From the NCBI RefSeq assembly GCF_006345805.1, contig NC_043008.1, positions 29,760,001 through 29,824,000 on the forward strand: a stretch of DNA of 64,000 nt, given 5' to 3'. The stretch is from Octopus sinensis. Taxonomy: Eukaryota. The notes beneath the pieces were generated by a model, which had not been told where the DNA came from, made no database searches, and saw only the letters and a list, made by a program, of their open reading frames with translations. Below, piece by piece: positions 55,207 through 64,000 of the stretch. How positions within the stretch are numbered: position 1 is the first letter of the stretch; the number at the start of each line of letters is the position of its first letter. The position numbers and the translations under genes were made by a program.

Positions 55207-55571
55207 CTGACTTAGATATATTTCCAACCTTGTCTTTTAAGGTCTAAGGAGGATAGTTCCTTTACCCTTTTTCCTTTTTTTCTTTTTACGATTTAGTTTT
55301 TTTCTGTTTTCATTTTCATTTTTCTGTTTTTGGCTTACTCTTGCTTACTGACTGCGTTTTCTAAGTACTGCATTCTCAGTTTTTCACGTTTCTTCTATTA
55401 TTCATGTTTTTTGGTACGTTATGAAATGCGGTTTGCGCCTGAAAAATAATTTAAGGTTACTCAGCATATGTATTGTGTCATTTAAATATATAATATCTAT
55501 CGCTCACCAGATGGAGTACATTTCTTGTTGATTTTTCTATCACAGAACAGTACGTTATACACACAAACACA

Positions 55572-55692
<121 letters not shown>

Positions 55693-55880
55693 CATCTGCC
55701 TTTTCACAAGTCTTATTTTTCGTCCGTACCGATTAAGCTTGGTGGGGTTGCCTGTTCAGTCGTTGATGATTTGTCCATATTAATTATAGATATATAGTTA
55801 AACGCATATTTAGTGGTGTCTTTATTGACATCATTTACATTATTTGCATTTGACGGATATTTGTCCTCATCATGTTTGTT

Positions 55881-55926
55881 AACACAACGTTTCGTCTGAT
55901 ATACCCTGCAGCCTTCATCAGGAGTC
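55881..55926 (-). ncRNA. Minimal type I hammerhead motif (family B, second copy)
   Basis: Minus strand: GACTC-CTGATGA-A-GGCTG-(10 nt)-CAGAC-GAAA-CGTT-GTGTT; flanks are homologous to 25905-26045. Confidence 0.6.
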
Positions 55927-55978
55927 TTGGGGAAATTTCGAACCTGGGTTCTCATTCTTCAGGTATTTTTTATTGTTG

Positions 55979-56215
<237 letters not shown>

Positions 56216-57665
56216 AGTGTATATAAGTAAGTTTTATTTACGAAAATATTCCCATGTTGGTCAGCACCCTTATACTGAAGGTGTTCCCTAGGAGAACAAG
56301 TATAACGAATATATAATTTTTCGGCACCTTCTTCAAAATTAATGAGTGTTAAAATATATATGCATGCAAGTATGTATGTATGTATCGTTCTATCAATCAA
56401 TCATCACGACAGTTTTTTAACTGGCTCGCTACTTTCATCTCAACTAAAGCATCACGTAGAAATTTGTTGATTTTGAAGTCTTAAAATTCAAGAAGAAAAT
56501 TATACAACTTAATAGCCGAAGTTAATTGCCATACCATACAATTACCGCAAAGGCGAAATCCGATAATCTGGGAAAGTATTAACATGGCGGAAAATCTGCA
56601 AATATGTTAGTGTGCGATGTAAAATGTAATAAGTACTCGAATGTGAACAAAAGTATTTTCATTTGACTTTGATCTGCAGTCGCTGTAATTATCGCTCAAC
56701 CCGACCATATATACGAAATTATAACAAACTACTATGCTGCCTTAGAACTATCACTACAATATTTTGTAAATGTGGTAGAAAATATTTTTCCGTGTAATTC
56801 ATGTATATGTGCAACACATTTACCATTTGAGATCAGTCTAAAATTCTCATTTAGTGTACTCTGAACGTATGGTCCAACGTCAACGATAATAAAACACCTC
56901 GATAGGAGACAGAGCTGACTCGCTATCTTTTCAGATTGCTTTCGCCACTTTATTAATTATCTGAATATATATAAATCTAGGGTTTACCAGACACACACGC
57001 TCACAAACACACTCACACACACAGATATATACATGCATGGATGAGAAAGTAATCTTTATATTGCGATATATCTATGCGTATTCATTCATACAACTGTATA
57101 CGTTCATTTATTTTTTTAAAACTAGAAACTCTTTAACTGCATTATTATTATAAATTCTTAATATCTTCCACATGAGAGCATCACTTGTTGTTTATTTTTA
57201 TCCTTTCATGTATTATTGGTTTTCTTACTTTGTCTTTTGTCATATGATTTGCTTTGAAATTAAATATGCAGCATAATCAATTAATGATTTAATTTATTTG
57301 TTATTTTCACCGTATTCAATAAACATCATTTTAATAAATCTATCAGACGTGTGAAAATCACATTTCCATCATATATTTTCTTTCTTTTTCGTTTTCTGTT
57401 TATTGTTCGTTTTCTCTCTTTGAATATGTCTTTAGAGATTTTAGAATGCCTAGACAGTAATGTACCAAACTAAATTCATTACAATATAAAAGTTAATCCC
57501 GTTTCGTTTATGAGTTGGAAATAAAATAATGATGTATTAATAATTGATGTCTTTGAAGAGCAGTAGCAAGTTCGAGAATTCAGCTCAGTTGTTTTGACTG
57601 AGGCAGTCATAAATTATATCGCTAACGTATTTCCAAGCATTAGTTTCTCTGTGAAATATCAACTA

Positions 57666-57678
57666 TGTATATATATAT

Positions 57679-57722
<44 letters not shown>

Positions 57723-57728
57723 ATATTA

Positions 57729-57776
<48 letters not shown>

Positions 57777-57890
57777 TATATGTGTGTGTGTGTCTGTTTG
57801 TGTGTGTGGGGGGGTTATGTATGTATGTATATACATATATATGTGTGTGTATATATGTATGTATGCATGCTTGTATATATATATATATAT
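57666..57890. repeat. (TA)n/(TG)n microsatellite
   Basis: Directly visible. Confidence 0.95.
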
Positions 57891-58649
57891 TTTCCCTTCA
57901 AGACTAAAGTGCAGAAGAACCAGACAGTACGTTCCATCAAGCATATATTATTTCTAAAAACTCAAACAGCTTGATATGTTGTTCATAATTGGATCCTTCA
58001 TATTTTCCATTTATACACAATGACGTAGGTAGACATATGGAGTGTTTACTGAATATCTTTTTTTATTTGCACTTGCGATTTACTGATAATTGTAGAAATG
58101 AACAAAATCTAAGTCATGTTTCCTTTACTTCACTCAGATTTTTCGGTGAATTTGTTTAGCATCTTTATCTGATACATGCGGTCTTGACTGTTAGAAATAG
58201 CGTAAAATTTATCCTTGTTGCTTCATGATATTGAAATTTCATTTGTATATATAAAATTAATTTAACGACTATATTATGCTGTAGAGTTTCGTATTAAACG
58301 GTATTATTAGACTGAACAATTTCGTGAACTGTCAAGATTGTAAAATTTGTAGAATTGTTTTAGTAAGAACTTTAATTGATTGTCTTGCACCAAATTTTAT
58401 ATTTGTTTGAATAACACACTTAAAAACATTTTGCATTAATAGGCATTCGACATTCAACATCTCTCATTAGTTGTCTTGCTATACTTGCTATTCTTTTCAA
58501 ATACATCATAACCAAAGAGATATTAAAGCGAGACACATTTAAATAATCATTTTTGACTAAATACATTATACTTAGCCTCTTCTTTCATTTCTAATATTCA
58601 CCTTATGTTTCATAGAGTCCAGTAAATTCATAACAGTTCATTATATTAT

Positions 58650-59300
58650 TCTATTTGGCAAACTTAAAGCAACTACTCGCTAAATTATTGAGTGGAAATT
58701 AGTGTTACGTCTTACGTTTTGCCATGTACTTCCAAAAATTCCATTAGATTTCAAATATTTCCTTGTAGCACCTACACATATGTCTTCCTGTTTTCTATAT
58801 TTAATATTAATTTAGCTATACCTACTTTTCCCATTTTGCTGACCTTTTTTATACAACATCTAAAGTGTATACCAAATCTATGGTAATTAAACTTGAACAT
58901 TTCCCTTTTGAAAAGTGCACCGTTGTCCATCTTACATTTTACATCATACATCGAAATGTTACATTAGATAACCGATATACTTTTCGCGCCACTATATATG
59001 CTCCTCCAGTTCTCACATATATGATCTTTGCCATAAAAGCTCTGTTCATCGATACAAAATTTATTGATGATTGAACGAATAAGCAGCAAGAAAACTTTAA
59101 ATATTAATATAAATATAATTACACAAATAATTTCTACCCAAGTATCTTCCTCTATAATACATGAGAGAGCTTTCCCAACACCTTTCGATTCTAGGTAACT
59201 ATTTACAAAGTTAATCATTATGCATACCATAACAGAATACATATTTTATTAAACAGTTCAAATCTATTCCATTATAGAACTTTCTTATCATCTTAGTAAT
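58650..59300 (-). pseudogene. Possible very old L1/Tx1-like ORF2 C-terminal relic
   Basis: One minus frame gives FVSMNRAFMAKIIYV, reminiscent of the MNxALLAKW motif; many stops; weak evidence. Confidence 0.25.
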
Positions 59301-59981
59301 TCTCTTTGAATTGAAAATAATCGATTCTGCTTCACTACGGTAATCAGTTAATCTTTGGAAATATTTCATTTAGAATTATTTTGTTGTTCTATATATGCTG
59401 TAGACACGTCTCAACTTCATCAATTGATATACGTCTCAACTTCATCAATTATCAGGGAATATCTTTCCAAATTACCCAAAGGACACTATACACTTACAAA
59501 CATCAGTAACACTCTAAGACAAAATTCTTAGTCTCTGCATCCCCTTTTCTTACATTATCTTTATAACTCAGCTATTTAGTGTACTTTCACTTTCTTTTCG
59601 TAAGTTAGCACCACTAACATGGTTACACAGTAATCACATATAATTTATATTTTCGTCACTAAATTGAAGTTGATAAGTTTTTCTACTACACTTACTACTC
59701 TGAAACCCCATTAATGATTTTTATTGTACTTCAAATATGGTTGTGTTATGTGTATTAACTAGTTCTTCCTAAAACCACTTACAGATACATATATACGAAA
59801 ACACTGGAACACACATATAATGAGCTTCTGTTTAAATCATTTAATACATTTGTCAGGCAGGAATCGTGGCATAAAAGAATATTTATTTGACATTTCTCTG
59901 AGTGTACCTATGTAAATACATATATGGTAGCAGAGATACCCGGTCTTGGTCAGGATTAAAATGTCATAGATTTTTTATTGC

Positions 59982-60270
59982 TTTACTTGTTTCAGTCATG
60001 TGACATCGGCCATGCTGGAGTACCACATTTGGTCACAAAAATCGACCACAGAATTTATTCTTTGTAAGCCTAGTATTTATTCAATCACTGCCTTTGCTGA
60101 AACGCTAAGTTATGGGAACGTAAAGCCAGCAACATCGGTTGTCAAGCAATGATAGGGGTACAAACACAGACACACACACACACACATATACACATACATA
60201 CGATATTGTTCTTTCAGTTTCCGTGTAGGAAATCCTCTCACAAGAGTTTGAAAGGCGTCAGGCTATAATA
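59982..60270 (-). mobile_element. CORE-like SINE, 5'-truncated decayed copy
   Basis: TTACTTGTTTCAGTCAT..GGCCATGCTGGAG..CATCGGTTGTCAAGCAAT matches 45303-45480. Confidence 0.88.
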
Positions 60271-60274
60271 CACA

Positions 60275-60300
60275 AACACACACACACACACACACACAAA

Positions 60301-60342
<42 letters not shown>

Positions 60343-60531
60343 ATATATATAGATATATATATATATATATAATATGCATATATATACCCATATATACAAA
60401 TATGTATATATATATACACATTGATATACATATATATACATATATACATATATATATATATGTGTGTATATAAACACACATGTATACATGCATATATACA
60501 TTTTATATATACATACATACACACACACACA

Positions 60532-60584
<53 letters not shown>

Positions 60585-60585
60585 A

Positions 60586-60617
<32 letters not shown>

Positions 60618-60618
60618 G
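60275..60618. repeat. (CA)n/(TA)n compound microsatellite
   Basis: Directly visible. Confidence 0.95.
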
Positions 60619-60619
60619 A

Positions 60620-61297
60620 AAGAGTTAAGAGATACCTCCGGCATCGCGCATTAGGCAAGAATTTGAACATTTTTGTTGGCCAATGACACCGCTTGCACCG
60701 TAAGTAAGGCATGTGTAAAATTTCTATGAAATCCGTTTCGTAGTTCTCGAGGTTTAATGATGCACACATTCACACAGACAGACAATCCCACTTTTCTCTA
60801 TTATATAAAATCTGTTCTGTCTGTCTGCGTGCGTGTCTTCTAGGGTCTCGGGCATCCTCCATCTGATTGTGCTCAAATTTGATATGTAGATACCGACGGT
60901 ATCAGGGTGTGTATAAGTCTTGAAAAAATTACAAAAATCGATTCCAGGTTAGAATGCGATCGATAAAGCCGTGGGAACGTGCATTTGTACGTGCAAGTAC
61001 ATCAGCTGTTGCGATCGATTAAAACGTGTACGCGAGAAAAATGCACGTTGTTTTGTACTGCTTAAAGGCACGTTTCTTTCCTGCCAAGCTTACTATTTAA
61101 ACCATGTTTGTGTTCTCTCAGTCAACAGCCTTATCATTACTTGTACTTTAAAATCTTCTGTTGCATATTTGTGTGAATAAAATCGTTTTTCTTTGGAATA
61201 GAAACAAGTCTATCTTTATTTCTTGTTTTGCTGGTGTCTCAAATTTAGGTTAAATCAGTGTTTCTCAAAGGAGAGGCTTATGCGATGGTCGGACTAG
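60620..61297. mobile_element. Two Helitron-like 5' ends back to back (minus about 60620-60807; plus 60797 to about 61297)
   Basis: Plus: TCTATTATATAAAATCTGTTCTGTCTGTCTG..CTGATTGTGCTCAAATTTG; minus: TATATAATAGAGAAAAGTGGGATTGTCTGTCTG..ACGGATTTCATAGAAATTT; CTAG|T at 61294-61298 without a clear hairpin. Confidence 0.45.
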
Positions 61298-64000
61298 TTG
61301 TTTTGAGAAAATTTGGTTTAAATGTTTGACAACTCAGCACCGTCCATTGGATAAGGAAGGGTGCCAAAGAATTGCACTTTTTCCAGACGATAAATTTGCT
61401 CCTATGTGTTTGCATGCAACGAAGTACATGTCATTCTCCGAAGTATGATTCCCTCGCTGCTACTACAATAAAATAATTGCTGCATTTACTATCAAGAAGA
61501 AATAACCTTGTGCAGCTATGCATCAGTACAATAAGAGTTGCTGATATTTGACGAGGGCAAGTATAACTTCTCCTGCCTATAATACACAATACGGAGGTTC
61601 AGTGTTTCATTTTCGGAGATGTGTGGAGTACCTATATCACTTCTGAAGACTATTTGAACTTGGCTGCGAGATGATGAACTTATGTATCAGGTAATCTGAA
61701 ACTGTGTACACTAATGCTAGAACAGGTCAATATAATTTTAAGAGAGAATGGGTTTCACACTTATTAAGAGTCAATGAGATTGTATGAAGAAACAGAAGAT
61801 TGTCAAAATGGCTGAAGTAGTCTCCAGATCATAATATACCACACTTCTTATTGTGTATGAAGGCCTTCAAAAATATTCCCGATATAAATTCTGCATCATG
61901 GATTGTAGCCTAGCATGACGGTATGTTGACCACTTTCATCCGTAATTTCCATTGATTTTCAACCAGTAATTTTTAAGTTGCAAAGATGAAAGTATGTATT
62001 CTATCCACACTTCATTTGAATAAACGGACAGCATAAATAAATACAAGCATGCATATATCTAATGTACTTATTTAATGTGCTGATATATACGGTTATGGCA
62101 ATCGACACACATGAGACCATTGTGTTCATCTGCCGATGTACGTGGGGACCATTTCGATTTTTATTCAGCTAGTTATCCAAAATAATTATTTTTCTAAATG
62201 ATGTGTGGTTATGCTCTCTGATTAGTCACCAATGACCTGAAAACCTAACGCCCCTTATATCTCAGCAAACACCGTTCTGTAAAGACGAATACATGAAAAA
62301 GTATCTTACTCACCTTAAAATCAGGAGGGTTACCCTTTGAATGATTTGATCATATTTAATATCGTTATATATTACATCACTATTTCGAAAAAACCAGTCC
62401 GAACTTAACTGTTGTTTTTAAAATGATGTTATCGTGAAAACAAGTTAAGTAAAATTTATATTCTACTAATTTCATAGAAATATAAGTTTTACTCCAGGTA
62501 ATAGATAAATACATTCAATGATTCACACATATATGTGTGTCTGTGTATGTATACATATGTATGTACAGATACTAGAAAAGTATAAGCAAGAACATATATA
62601 TGCGGTGAAGATAAATTTATTTTCATCAGAATGTGATACTCAGAGCCTTTGTAATAAATGTCATAAATATTAATATTGTTTGTGATTTTTTAAACAATGC
62701 TATTCAAAATATATTTATCTTAGATAAGCGTTTATCATCTAAATGAATCTAATTTTTCTTTATTTAATTCTAATCGATTAAGATGTTCATATGCCATTAT
62801 TTAATCTTGTTCAGTAATATATCTTGTTGATATAAACATATTCTGTAAACGCCACTTGTGACAATATGTAGATAAATGAAGACGTAGAATAATTTACAAA
62901 TCTATACTAAGTGATATTACATAACTTTCATATCAATTTCAGGAACGTTATATTAAATTCATATACATCATACATTAGCGAGTGTATTTATGCTATCCAT
63001 TATTGTAAAATTCTTCTCTGAATCAACATTTCTCTTGCTTATGCGAAACATTATATAGTCGATGTAAAATTTGCCAATCAAATTTTATCACAACAGCTAC
63101 TACACTTGATATGAAAATGTATTTGTTTTTATGAAATATTTCTTACTATGAAACATGTTCAACATATTACAGTGCCATAACAACATAAAATTTGTTTCGT
63201 TGGTTTCCAATGGTAGATTGACAGAATTCCTTGCGGTAATATTTTTCCTGCTCGACCTTTCATTCCCAACCTCTCGTTCTCCCCCATCCTCTCTGTAATA
63301 CACACACACACACATACACACATACATACACACACACATACTCTCTCTCTCTCTCTCTCTCTCTTGTACATATACACACACATGCTAGCACACACTCATA
63401 CTCATAATCATACACAAAAACACATTTAAACGCACCTGTAATCAACGTTGATTTTCATTTTTTCAGGATATAGCATAAATACTGCGTTCGAGTTCTCTCA
63501 CAATTCCAACTGTCACTGTATCACATTAATTCAGACTATACAATGAGTTGATAGTTCATGTATCTGTGGAATAATCACTTTCAAACTGAAGTCAAGACAA
63601 AGCATTCAGATGTTTTAAAAACTAATTGGCTTCTACGTCTGACGAAGTATCTACAAAGTAGTGTGTTGACGTACGCCATTTTCCAAGCAATAGCCAACAG
63701 ATGACTTGGAACACGTGCTGAAATCCGCGGCATCTAGAAACACTGCCAAAGCTTTATTGGTAACCTATAGACAGTCTTCTATTAAGCATCGTTTATGAAT
63801 ATGGATATCAATAAGCTCGAACAGAAATAATGTATTAATCACTGTTGATATGAAACTTTGGAACTTATATTTAATGGTCTTATAGCATTATTCATTCACT
63901 CGTAATCTATCCACAACGCTGTCGATTGCAACTAAGATACGTCGTAAGGCCATATGACTGCATCTATTTTAATGTGACTTTAACTTGTTCGAATATTCAT

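Overview
AT-rich, microsatellite-dense animal genomic DNA with no intact protein-coding gene, rRNA, tRNA gene or CRISPR array. The SINE families and the density of (TA)n/(CA)n/(GATA)n/(TAA)n tracts suggest an octopus or other coleoid cephalopod intronic/intergenic region (inference from recalled repeat sequences). Recognisable content is mostly decayed mobile DNA: one Tc1 and two mariner transposase relics, two Penelope-like RT/GIY-YIG relics, a 5'-truncated Tx1/L1-clade LINE flanked by (TAGA)n on both sides, three tRNA-derived SINE families, Helitron ends and small fold-back elements. The most notable signals are: (i) seven hammerhead-ribozyme (HHR)-like motifs from four apparently different Penelope-type repeat families, including a full three-stem type I HHR duplicated as a perfect 156-bp palindrome; (ii) a strong AG|GTAAGT recursive-splice-site candidate with a stop-containing 62-nt RS-exon; (iii) a decayed tandem CCCH zinc-finger ORF; (iv) a few unassigned minus-strand exon candidates. 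All calls come from manual reading and translation; no searches or folding programs were run, and boundaries of decayed elements are approximate.
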